Below, piece by piece: positions 18,658 to 27,196 of a DNA stretch of 33,742 bases. Both the position numbers and the translations under genes were made by a program. The notes beneath the pieces were generated by a model. That model did no database searches. It was not told where the DNA came from and saw only the letters and a list, made by a program, of their open reading frames with translations. Within the stretch, counting starts at the first letter, position 1; the number at the start of each line of letters is the position of its first letter. Source of the DNA: Candidatus Undinarchaeales archaeon (GTDB taxonomy: Archaea; SpSt-1190; JASMDC01). The stretch covers positions 1 to 33,742 of the forward strand of contig JASMDC010000039.1 in assembly GCA_030753015.1 (NCBI GenBank). The letters are read 5' to 3'.

Positions 18658-19833
18658 ATGGACCCGATCGCCATCCTCACGGGAATCCTCATCGCCTCGT
18701 GGGACGTGTGCGTGGAGGCAAGCGTGTTCCTCCTATTCGGATTCCTTGCTGCAGGCATCATCTACGTGCTCATACCCCGCGACAAGGTCCTGCTCCACCT
18801 GGGCGAGTCGAGCCTGACATCGGTGTTGAAGGCGTCCCTGTTCGGCGTGCCGCTCCCCCTGTGCTCGTGCGGTGTCATCCCGGCCGTCGCCGAGCTGCGT
18901 AACAAGGGAGCGTCGAAGAGCGCGTCCCTGGCCTTCCTTATCTCGGTCCCTGAAACGGGCGTGGACTCCATCGCCCTATCCTGGACCCTCCTTGACCCCG
19001 TGCTGACGATCGCACGCCCGGTGGTCGCATTCGTCACGGCGACCATCACGGGGCTGGTCTCGAACGCGGTCGATCCAGAGGAGGTGCATGAGGTGAGCAC
19101 GGACGAGACCTGCATCCACTGCGGCGATTGCCTTCTATGCAATCCTCACGACCATACGATTACTGAGAAGGTGCGCTCGGCCTTCGAGTACGGATTCGGA
19201 GAGCTCCTTGGCGACCTGGCGCCCTCCCTGGCAGTGGGCATCATCCTCGCCGGTGTCATCGCCTACCTCGTACCGGAAGACGTTCTGGGCGCCTATGTGG
19301 GAGGTGGATTCCACTCACTCGTCATCATGCTCCTTGTGGGCATACCGCTCTACATCTGTGCCACATCGTCCACCCCTGTCGTGGCCAGCCTCATCGCCAA
19401 GGGGATGAGCCCCGGAGCGGGCCTTGTGTTCCTCCTCGCTGGTCCGACAACGAACATGGCCACTCTCGCTGTAGTACGTTCGCGGTTCGGAACTCGCTCG
19501 GCGGTCATCTATCTGACGTCGATCGCCATTTGTTCGCTAGGAGCAGGAATGCTTGTTGACGGCTACTACACATCGGCAGGGCTCGATCCCCGGACCACGA
19601 TCGGTAACGCGGGGGAGCTGTTCCCTCACAACGTGGAGGTGGGCGCAGCGATCGTGCTGATCATCCTCCTAGCACGGGGAGTGTACCTGCAATACACGAA
19701 GGGCCCCCCATGTGATGATGTGTGCTGTTCGACCGATGTCAAGCCCAATTGCACTCATGACACGGATGACGCAAACGAGCACCACCACGAGAAGGGCTCA
19801 TGTGAACACGATCATGAGGAGAACGAGCACTGA
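18658..19833 (+). CDS. DUF318/ArsP-family permease (SO_0444-like metal efflux)
   Basis: PLPLCSCGVIP, PETGVDS, PLYICAT and LAGPTTN, with a Cys/His-rich central loop and a His-rich tail. Confidence 0.9.
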   Translation: MDPIAILTGILIASWDVCVEASVFLLFGFLAAGIIYVLIPRDKVLLHLGESSLTSVLKASLFGVPLPLCSCGVIPAVAELRNKGASKSASLAFLISVPETGVDSIALSWTLLDPVLTIARPVVAFVTATITGLVSNAVDPEEVHEVSTDETCIHCGDCLLCNPHDHTITEKVRSAFEYGFGELLGDLAPSLAVGIILAGVIAYLVPEDVLGAYVGGGFHSLVIMLLVGIPLYICATSSTPVVASLIAKGMSPGAGLVFLLAGPTTNMATLAVVRSRFGTRSAVIYLTSIAICSLGAGMLVDGYYTSAGLDPRTTIGNAGELFPHNVEVGAAIVLIILLARGVYLQYTKGPPCDDVCCSTDVKPNCTHDTDDANEHHHEKGSCEHDHEENEH

Positions 19834-19867
19834 AGCTCACGCCACTCAGTTCTAGTGTGGACGTATA

Positions 19868-20794
19868 TTACTTTAGGACGTCATCGCACCACGCGATAAG
19901 TTCTCGCGCCAGTTCCTGGAACATCGGGTGCTCATAGGTCATGAAGTCGTTGTGCTTCCCATCGATTGTATGGAAGTGCTTTGCTACGGTGGCCATTTGG
20001 TAGAGTCTCTCTGACTGCTCGATAGGATGGAGCCGATTATCCTTCCCGTGTGCTACGAATAGCGGGCAATCGAGCCGGTCCACTCGCTCCAGAGCGTTGA
20101 ACCTCATGATGGAACCTGCGATCTCGAAGGACACAGTTATCTCGTAGTTCTTTACCGGTCGCAACCGGTCGTCCACCACGTTCGCCGTGTCTGGATCGAG
20201 CGGGTAGCTCTCGAAGGGATTAGTGAAGGTCAGCTTACCGGTGAGTACGCGGTGGGCCCGCTCCTTCTCTATGCGCCGTTCCAGCTCGGCGAAAGCGTTA
20301 CCAGGGAACGCGTACTTGTAGAACGCCTTCCCATCGAAGAATCCGTTGAGCACTGCTACGGCCTTCACGTCAGTTTCCTTGGACGCGACGTCCACGACGA
20401 GCCCGCCAGCCATCCCCCATCCGAGGATGCCGATGCGGTCAGGATCGATCGTTCCCTGCTCTCTGAGGAAAGCGAGCGCATGCTGGATGTCGTGAACCTG
20501 CTCCTCGAGGATGAGCCGTCCGCGTATGCCCTCGCTCTCACCGCAACCCCGGAAGTCGAAACCGAGAACGGCGTAGCCAGCCTGAGTGAGCGCCTGGGCG
20601 AAGAGCCTCGGGTAGATCGCGTTGAGACCCGTGTATCCCGAGTTCACGATGATGGCGGGAAGTCGTTCCGAACCGTTATGATCACTCGGCAAGTAAATGA
20701 TCCCATTGAGCTTGACACCATCGCTGTAGAACGACACATCGATCTCGTTCATTGCTAGTGGCGTTCCTGGCGCCAGCAGGATCCCTTCGCCCAT
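19868..20794 (-). CDS. Alpha/beta-hydrolase-fold protein (COG1073-like) with a non-canonical active site
   Basis: GYAVLGFDFRGCGESEG, IDPDRIGILGWGMAGG, HGKDNRLHP and GKHND. Alternative start at 20752. Confidence 0.88.
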   Translation of the reverse strand: MGEGILLAPGTPLAMNEIDVSFYSDGVKLNGIIYLPSDHNGSERLPAIIVNSGYTGLNAIYPRLFAQALTQAGYAVLGFDFRGCGESEGIRGRLILEEQVHDIQHALAFLREQGTIDPDRIGILGWGMAGGLVVDVASKETDVKAVAVLNGFFDGKAFYKYAFPGNAFAELERRIEKERAHRVLTGKLTFTNPFESYPLDPDTANVVDDRLRPVKNYEITVSFEIAGSIMRFNALERVDRLDCPLFVAHGKDNRLHPIEQSERLYQMATVAKHFHTIDGKHNDFMTYEHPMFQELARELIAWCDDVLK

Positions 20795-20875
20795 CGTCGA
20801 TCACGCGGTACTGCTAGCAGTCCACTTTTTAAGCGTCTGCTTTGGGTAGGATGCCTGCGGGGTGTCGCCTCACGG

Positions 20876-21985
20876 CTACTTATCGAGCACGTCGTCCATG
20901 ACCCCGAGGAGCTCCCCGATATCATCTGGCATGAGCGCGCCCATGTGACCGATGCGGAACGATTTATTCCTGAGGTCCCCATACCCATTGACAATGCGGT
21001 ATCCACGGTCGATCATCTGTTTGACGAAGTCCAGGGTCACCATACCCTCGGGACGCCTGATCGCAGATACTGTCGGCGATTCATAACCAGGATCTGGAAC
21101 CATCTCATACCCGCGACCGTTCGCCCAGCCCTTGACCATGTTCGCCATCCTGCGGTGCCGTGCGAAGCAGTTTTCCAGCCCCTCTACGTCAAGGATGTGG
21201 TTGAGCGAAATGTCCAACGCTCTCAGCGTGTGGATCGGCCCCGTCGTCGGTGTCTGATGCTTTGCCAGCATCTTCTTCCGCAGTTCGACCATGTCGAAGT
21301 AGTATCCACGGTTCTTCGTTCGCTCGGCCTTCTCGAACGCCTCGTCCGAGACCGCGGCAATAGCAAGGCCTGCCGGTAGAGCCAGCGCTTTCTGCGTTGA
21401 ACCGAGACATACGTCGATCTTGAGCTTATCGACCTCTACCTTCAGCCCACCCAGTGCCGAGACCGCGTCCACGCACAACAGTGCACCTGTATCCTTGACA
21501 ACTGGTGCGATCTCTTCCATCTTGTTCATTACACCGGCCGAAGTCTCGTTGGCTTCGATACAGACGATCCGATAGTCCTTCTTGTCGAGCCACTCCTTGA
21601 CCTTATCAGCTCTGAATGCCGTACCATCAGGTATCTTGTACTTATCGACGTTCTTGCCAAGACCCTGACCTATCTGATGCCACCGGTTCCCGAAAGCACC
21701 ACACGAGAGGACCAGTCCAGGCTCGTCCCCATCGAGGAGGTTCGACATACACGCTTCCATAGCGCCGGTCCCACTTGAGATGAAGGTGAGCACGTCGTTC
21801 TTAGTGTACATCAACCTCTTTGCCTGTTCCTCTACTGACTCCTGTAGCTCGGAGTACCACGCGTTCCTGTGTGTATCGTTTGGAAGCGCCAGCTCCTTGA
21901 GTAGGTAGTCCGGTACTATGACCGGTCCCGGTGTGAAGAGCTTGAGATTGCACGGTTCATGTCTTTCGTACTGCTTGAGCGCCAT
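20876..21985 (-). CDS. Class V PLP aminotransferase (alanine-glyoxylate/serine-pyruvate family)
   Basis: LFTPGP, SSGTGAMEA, ETSAGV, VDAVS, STQKAL and FRIGHMG. The start is placed at the ATG at 21985. Confidence 0.93.
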   Translation of the reverse strand: MALKQYERHEPCNLKLFTPGPVIVPDYLLKELALPNDTHRNAWYSELQESVEEQAKRLMYTKNDVLTFISSGTGAMEACMSNLLDGDEPGLVLSCGAFGNRWHQIGQGLGKNVDKYKIPDGTAFRADKVKEWLDKKDYRIVCIEANETSAGVMNKMEEIAPVVKDTGALLCVDAVSALGGLKVEVDKLKIDVCLGSTQKALALPAGLAIAAVSDEAFEKAERTKNRGYYFDMVELRKKMLAKHQTPTTGPIHTLRALDISLNHILDVEGLENCFARHRRMANMVKGWANGRGYEMVPDPGYESPTVSAIRRPEGMVTLDFVKQMIDRGYRIVNGYGDLRNKSFRIGHMGALMPDDIGELLGVMDDVLDK

Positions 21986-22123
21986 GTCGACTCGCCTCGT
22001 CCGCGCGGATGCAATCGCCACCTGTTTAAAAGGGTGTCGGTGAAAACGTGCCAGGGAGATACAGAGATATTTACTACTCTAAAATAGTAACATATTTAAG
22101 TGTGCGAAACTATAACATAGTCG

Positions 22124-23050
22124 ATGCCCGGGGACGGTCTTGACGCCTACATGGACCGCGATCACTGCGCAGTCTATAATATGCTCGAGACCGACCGGGA
22201 GCTCGTTCACGATATCATCGAATACAGCCACGTCTACGATAGGGCCATCAAGGAGCACGAGCACATCGACCGTACCGACCTCACCCGGCGCATCAGGGAC
22301 GAGTACGGTTGGGACCAGACCAAGGCCGAGTCCACACTGCATGACGTCCTCGACCTGGGTGCGCTTGACATGCTCGGACGACTCGATGGGGAGTCAGTGG
22401 TCGAACGGGCACGCTACACACAGTCCCTCCGCCCTCAGCTCGAGGATGCGTACAAGGACGCCGTGGCTTACCACGCGTCCAAGGGGCGACAGATACCCCA
22501 GGACATCACTGTGGGCATCCATATCGGCAATCCACGGGAGATGATCAACTTCGACGTGATGGCCTCTTACGATCCAGTGGACAACCGGGTGCGTATCAAG
22601 GAGAAGGATGCTCCGTTCAAGGGCGTGGAACCAAACCAGGACGCGCTCTTCAACTGGGACCGCTTCTCCAGGGATACGCTCTACCGGGCCTGCCTTGTAC
22701 ACGAGTTCGCCCACGTCAACAACGACCGTACCTACGATGTCAACGGCGAAAAGAACGACGTGCTCGACGAGGGGCTGGCGGTGTACACCACCCTCGAGTA
22801 CTGCGCAGACATGGTCAAGGAGGGCCAAGAGGAGTTCGGCCTTTTCGCCAAGAACTATGTCACACGTTCGCTGGAACTCACCAAGAAGTACGCCCTCGGC
22901 ACCCGCGTCGTGGCAGGGATCCTGGCCAGCGAGGGTAAGGAGGGTCTCGAGAAGGCATTCAAAGGTGACAGGAACCTCGAGGAGCTCGCGAAGGAGTACA
23001 GGCTCCTCGGTGAAAAAGTGCTCGCAGATCAACTTGCGAATATCGTCTAG
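22124..23050 (+). CDS. Putative zinc metallopeptidase (gluzincin-like), no signal peptide
   Basis: LVHEFAH followed by LDEGLAVY and a later KYALG. A TATA box TATTTAAG at 22093 fits a near-leaderless start. Confidence 0.8.
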   Translation: MPGDGLDAYMDRDHCAVYNMLETDRELVHDIIEYSHVYDRAIKEHEHIDRTDLTRRIRDEYGWDQTKAESTLHDVLDLGALDMLGRLDGESVVERARYTQSLRPQLEDAYKDAVAYHASKGRQIPQDITVGIHIGNPREMINFDVMASYDPVDNRVRIKEKDAPFKGVEPNQDALFNWDRFSRDTLYRACLVHEFAHVNNDRTYDVNGEKNDVLDEGLAVYTTLEYCADMVKEGQEEFGLFAKNYVTRSLELTKKYALGTRVVAGILASEGKEGLEKAFKGDRNLEELAKEYRLLGEKVLADQLANIV

Positions 23051-23137
23051 AGCGAGGAGTCCCCATAACCGTGCTATGTTGACACAAACCTATGTTTTCC
23101 AGCCGACAAATGATTATAAACAATGGGGGATTACGAA

Positions 23138-23340
23138 TTGGAGTTGAGCGCGTACATCCAGTGGTTGTACGCCCGCAAGCAAGAGCCACACTCCAAGGGA
23201 CGCGGTCGGAGTCACGAGCCTAGAACGCTCACCCCCCCTAAAAAATGAGTAGGCCTGCCCTCGGGCGTACGAAACAAGGCTAAGGACAATCGGTGCGGTC
23301 ACACCCCCAGGACAAGAAGGTCCATCTCCTCATACACACC
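23138..23340 (+). ncRNA. Candidate structured non-coding RNA (unassigned)
   Basis: TATA TTATAAA at 23114-23120, several complementary segments, and a T-tract at 23341. No known RNA family was recognised. Confidence 0.25.
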
Positions 23341-23363
23341 TTTTTATTATTGGGTCACCCCCC

Positions 23364-23948
23364 GTGGATGTGGAAGAACGCTCCCGGGCCATTCGCTTCG
23401 CTATCGGGAAGACCCGTAACGATCTTAAGAAAGTAGTGGCCGAGCGCGGTCGGCTCGTGCTACATCCCGGGGACATGGAGCGGTCTGCAGCCTGCGTCCA
23501 GTGCGGTCTGTGCGTTGGGTCGTGCCCCTCCGGACGGTGGACGGCACTGAACATCCGTCGCATCATCCGCGCTATTCAGCTCGGCGTGGGCGATCCCACT
23601 CATGATCCCGCGCTGTGGGAATGCACGACCTGCTACGCCTGCCAGGAGCGATGTCCTCGTGAGGTCCCCACCTGCGAGCTCGTTCGGGCACTGCGCAACC
23701 ATGCGTTCGCCAGGGGGCTCGTCGACGATGAGCACGTCGCGGTAGCCCGCACTGTGGTGCGCACAGGTCACACCATCGAACTTGGGGATGAGGGCCGAGA
23801 GAAGCGCGTGTCGCTCGGTCTGCCCGAGGTGCCCCCCACCGTCCTCGCCGACCCCGCTGCCCTCGAAGAGGTACGAATGCTCCTGAGCCGCGTTGGATTC
23901 TCACAGCTTATACATGATGCGTTCGAGACGAAGGAGGGCGATAGTTGA
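23364..23948 (+). CDS. hdrC: Heterodisulfide reductase subunit C
   Basis: Two [4Fe-4S] motifs, CVQCGLCVGSCP and LWECTTCYACQERCPR, and a C-terminal LGLPEVPPT. Confidence 0.93.
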   Translation: MDVEERSRAIRFAIGKTRNDLKKVVAERGRLVLHPGDMERSAACVQCGLCVGSCPSGRWTALNIRRIIRAIQLGVGDPTHDPALWECTTCYACQERCPREVPTCELVRALRNHAFARGLVDDEHVAVARTVVRTGHTIELGDEGREKRVSLGLPEVPPTVLADPAALEEVRMLLSRVGFSQLIHDAFETKEGDS

Positions 23949-24817
23949 AACCTCTGGCCCTCTTCCTCGGCTGCATCGCACCCATTCGCATGCCGGGCAT
24001 CGTATCGTCCACACGACTCGTGCTCGACCACTTCGATGTGCCATGGACGGAGATGAAGGGGGCCTCATGCTGCCCCGCCCCGGGAGTGGTCGGCTCGTTC
24101 GACCTCACCACATGGCTCACGTTAGCTGCCCGGAACATCACCCTGGCCGAGGAACTGAAGGCCGACATCACCACGGTGTGCAACGGATGTTACGGCACGC
24201 TGCAGGAGTCCTCCGCCATCCTCGCCGACGAGAATGTGCGGTACGAGGTCAACGAGCGGCTCGAAGAGATAGGGAGGGAGGTCCGCGGAACAGCGCGCGT
24301 GTACCATCTGGTGGAAACATTGCATGATGCAGTGGGCCCGGAGCGCATCACGAAGGCGTCCTCTGGCCTCGAGGGGCTCAAGGTTGCTGTCCATCACGGA
24401 TGTCACTTCCTAAGACCGCGACGGACCAGGGACCATGGGTCAAGCGAGCGACCGAACATACTAACCGACATCGTCAGCGCCTGTGGCGCCCAGCCCGTGG
24501 CATGGTCCGAGGCCCATACGTGTTGCGGTGCGGGCGGCGGTGTACGCGCGGGGCGGCCGAGTACGGCGCTGCGCATCACCGCGACCAAGCTGCGTTCCGC
24601 CCATGAGGCCGGTGCCGACGTCATCGTCAATCCCTGTTCGTTCTGCCACCTCCAGCTCGTTCGGGGACAGGAGGAGCTGCAGGAGTCGCATGGCCTCGAC
24701 ATCTCCGTCCCGGTGCTCCACGTGGCCCAGCTCGTCGGCCTCGCCATCGGGCTCGACCGCAGCCGCCTTGGGATTGAGGGGCCACCGCTCCCCAAGGGGG
24801 TGCCGAAGCGTGAGTGA
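23945..24817 (+). CDS. hdrB: Heterodisulfide reductase subunit B
   Basis: FLGC, ASCCPAPG, CNGC, HHGCH, CCGAGGGVR and CSFCHLQ (two CCG domains). The TTG start overlaps the hdrC stop. Confidence 0.95.
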   Translation: MKPLALFLGCIAPIRMPGIVSSTRLVLDHFDVPWTEMKGASCCPAPGVVGSFDLTTWLTLAARNITLAEELKADITTVCNGCYGTLQESSAILADENVRYEVNERLEEIGREVRGTARVYHLVETLHDAVGPERITKASSGLEGLKVAVHHGCHFLRPRRTRDHGSSERPNILTDIVSACGAQPVAWSEAHTCCGAGGGVRAGRPSTALRITATKLRSAHEAGADVIVNPCSFCHLQLVRGQEELQESHGLDISVPVLHVAQLVGLAIGLDRSRLGIEGPPLPKGVPKRE

Positions 24818-27194
24818 TGGACCACCTAAGCGAATTGGCGTGTGGACATGCCGTTGCGGCGGGAACATCGGCGATGTCGTGGACGCGGTCGGTGTAGCGA
24901 AGGAGGCCGCGGGATGGTCGGACGTCGCTAGTGGGCTGTGCAAGGAATACCTGTGCTCGCCCGATGCCCAGGACGAGATCGCACGGGCCATCGAGGAGGG
25001 CGAGGTGGACAGGGTGGTCCTGGCCTGTTGCTCACCACGTCTCCATGGTGCGACCTTCCGGCGTCGGTTCGGTGAAGCAGGGCTCGATCCGTCTCACGTG
25101 GCCATCGCCAACATTCGCGAACAGGGCTCTTGGGCTCATAAGGAGGATCCTGAGGGGGCCACAGCGGCCGCCCGCGACACTATCCATGCTGCCGTCGAAG
25201 GCGTCCGAGAAGCGACGCTACGCGCACGCACGCCCATCACGGTAACTCAGGAGGTGCTTGTCGTGGGTGGTGGTGTGGCAGGCATCACGGCAGCCCTCAG
25301 GTTGGCACGAGCAGGGACTCGTGTTGTACTCGTTGAACGCGAGCCCTCATTGGGCGGCCACCTCTCCCGCTACCCGAAGGTATTCCCCACCCTCGACTGC
25401 TCACAGTGCATCCTCACCCCCCTCATGGCAGAGGTACGTGACGAGGAGAACGTCCGAGTGCTCGCCCCTGCTGAAGTGATAGGTGTGGAAGGGGGTCCGG
25501 GTTCCTACAACATTCGTATCCGGGAACGGTCCCGGTTCGTTGATCCCGAGCGCTGCGTTCGCTGCGGCCGCTGTGCAGATGTATGCCCAGTAGAGGTGCC
25601 AGACCCACGCCAGGAAGGGCTCGGATCACGTAAAGCAGCCTACCTCCCTTTCCTCCAGGCGGTTCCCACGACCTACCTCATCGACGGCGAGGCGTGCACG
25701 AAGTGCGGCGCGTGTGTCGAGGCATGCCCCGGCGGTGCCGTCGACCTCACCCTCGGCGACAGTGTACATGAGCTCGAGATCGGTGCGGTCGTCCTCGCCA
25801 GCGGTTACGACCTGTACGATCTCAACGACTATGGTGAATGGCTCGTGGGCGACCACCCGAACGTCGTGGGGCCTATCGCCGTGGAGCGCATGTTGGACAT
25901 CGAGGGCCCAACAGCGGGCCGTCTCGTCCGCCCCTCCGATCGAGGGGCAATCAAGCGAGTTGTCTACGTGCTCTGCGCCGGCTCCCGTGACACGAACAAG
26001 GGTAAACCATACTGTTCGGGAGTATGTTGCATGTACGCCATAAAGGAGGCACGGGTCATCCGCTCGGCCTTCCCCGGGACCGAGGTGTGGGTGTTGTACA
26101 CCGATGTGCGAGCTCCCGGGAAACGGTACGAGGAGTTCTACCGCACCGCCCAGGAAGAGGGCGTGATCTTCGTACGGGGGAAACCCGGTCAGGTCATCGA
26201 TATCGGCGACCGTCTGATGGTGCGTGTGGAGGACACCAGCGAGGCCCTGCCCATGGAAGTGGAAGCGGACCTGGTGGTCCTATGCCCGCCTTTGGTACCC
26301 CATCCCTCGGCCGCTCCTGTCGCGGCCTCCCTTGGTGTCCCGCTCGATGAACACGGCTTCGTGCTCGAGCGTCATCCCAAGCTAGATCCAGTGCGCACGG
26401 GGCGCGAGGGTGTCATGGCATGCGGAGCTGCTATCGGACCCATGGACGTCCAGAGCTCAGTTGCGACCGCCGAGGCCGCTGCTGCCAGGGCGCGGGCGTT
26501 CCTGGACGGTGAGGCCGAACCCATCGCAGGGACCGCTTTCCTATCCCGTCCCGAAGCGTGTGACGGATGCGGTGCGTGCGTCGAGGTATGCTCGTGGCGC
26601 GCCCTCGCTCTGACGGACGGAAGAGTGGTTGTGGAGGAGCCCATGTGCACCGCATGTGGCGCCTGCGTACCTGCGTGCCCGACACTGGCCCTCGACCTCG
26701 CCGGACTGGACGAAGAGGTCCTCCTGGCCCGCATCCGTGGTATGCTGACCATCCCGGTCGACGGTCCGCGTCTGTTGGTGTTTGTCGAATCGAGCGCTGC
26801 TGCGGTAGCCCTCGATAATATTGGCGCCAGCAGAATGGACTACCCCGCGGGCATACGCGTCATCGAGGTCGCCAGCACCGCCCGCATCGGGCTGCATCAT
26901 GTGATGTCCGCGTTCGCTGCAGGTGCAGACGGAGTCGCTCTCATCGAGGGGCCGCCCGAGGGGCCGTTGGGAGCGGTCCATGAGATAGCTGAGTCACGGG
27001 CACACGAGATGGAGCCCAAACTGGAAGAGTCCGGCCTCGATCCGCATCTTCGTTTCTCTTTCCGAACAGTGTACGTGCCCGAACGTCGGAAACTCGCAAG
27101 GTTGCTTTCGACTCTCTACGGCTTGGTTGAGGACGCCGGTCCGCTGGACGGACCGGCCCGCGAACGAGTCGCCAGAGCAGCGAGTACGCTCTAG
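24810..27194 (+). CDS. hdrA: Heterodisulfide reductase subunit A with a fused degenerate MvhD-like domain
   Basis: RIGVWTCRCGGNI, CSPRLH, GGGVAG, FPTLDCSQC, four ferredoxin motifs and CAGSRD..YCSGVCCMYAIK. The likely start is the GTG at 24810; the track's 24483 start lies inside hdrB. Confidence 0.95.
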   Translation: MSDGPPKRIGVWTCRCGGNIGDVVDAVGVAKEAAGWSDVASGLCKEYLCSPDAQDEIARAIEEGEVDRVVLACCSPRLHGATFRRRFGEAGLDPSHVAIANIREQGSWAHKEDPEGATAAARDTIHAAVEGVREATLRARTPITVTQEVLVVGGGVAGITAALRLARAGTRVVLVEREPSLGGHLSRYPKVFPTLDCSQCILTPLMAEVRDEENVRVLAPAEVIGVEGGPGSYNIRIRERSRFVDPERCVRCGRCADVCPVEVPDPRQEGLGSRKAAYLPFLQAVPTTYLIDGEACTKCGACVEACPGGAVDLTLGDSVHELEIGAVVLASGYDLYDLNDYGEWLVGDHPNVVGPIAVERMLDIEGPTAGRLVRPSDRGAIKRVVYVLCAGSRDTNKGKPYCSGVCCMYAIKEARVIRSAFPGTEVWVLYTDVRAPGKRYEEFYRTAQEEGVIFVRGKPGQVIDIGDRLMVRVEDTSEALPMEVEADLVVLCPPLVPHPSAAPVAASLGVPLDEHGFVLERHPKLDPVRTGREGVMACGAAIGPMDVQSSVATAEAAAARARAFLDGEAEPIAGTAFLSRPEACDGCGACVEVCSWRALALTDGRVVVEEPMCTACGACVPACPTLALDLAGLDEEVLLARIRGMLTIPVDGPRLLVFVESSAAAVALDNIGASRMDYPAGIRVIEVASTARIGLHHVMSAFAAGADGVALIEGPPEGPLGAVHEIAESRAHEMEPKLEESGLDPHLRFSFRTVYVPERRKLARLLSTLYGLVEDAGPLDGPARERVARAASTL

Positions 27195-27196
27195 AA

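Noticed and set aside
23138-23196. tRNA-like acceptor stem GGAGT...ACTCCA
   Set aside because: It is only about 57 nt long, with no T-loop (GTTCRA) and no D or anticodon arms.
23243-23280. Hammerhead-like ATGAG...CGAAAC
   Set aside because: It lacks the CUGA of the CUGAUGA core and has no convincing stems I and III.
24483-24809. N-terminal extension of HdrA in the ORF track
   Set aside because: It overlaps hdrB in another frame, and HdrA homology starts at the GTG at 24810.
23364-27194. Selenocysteine recoding in Hdr subunits
   Set aside because: There is no internal TGA, and the relevant HdrA motif (DCSQC) has Cys.
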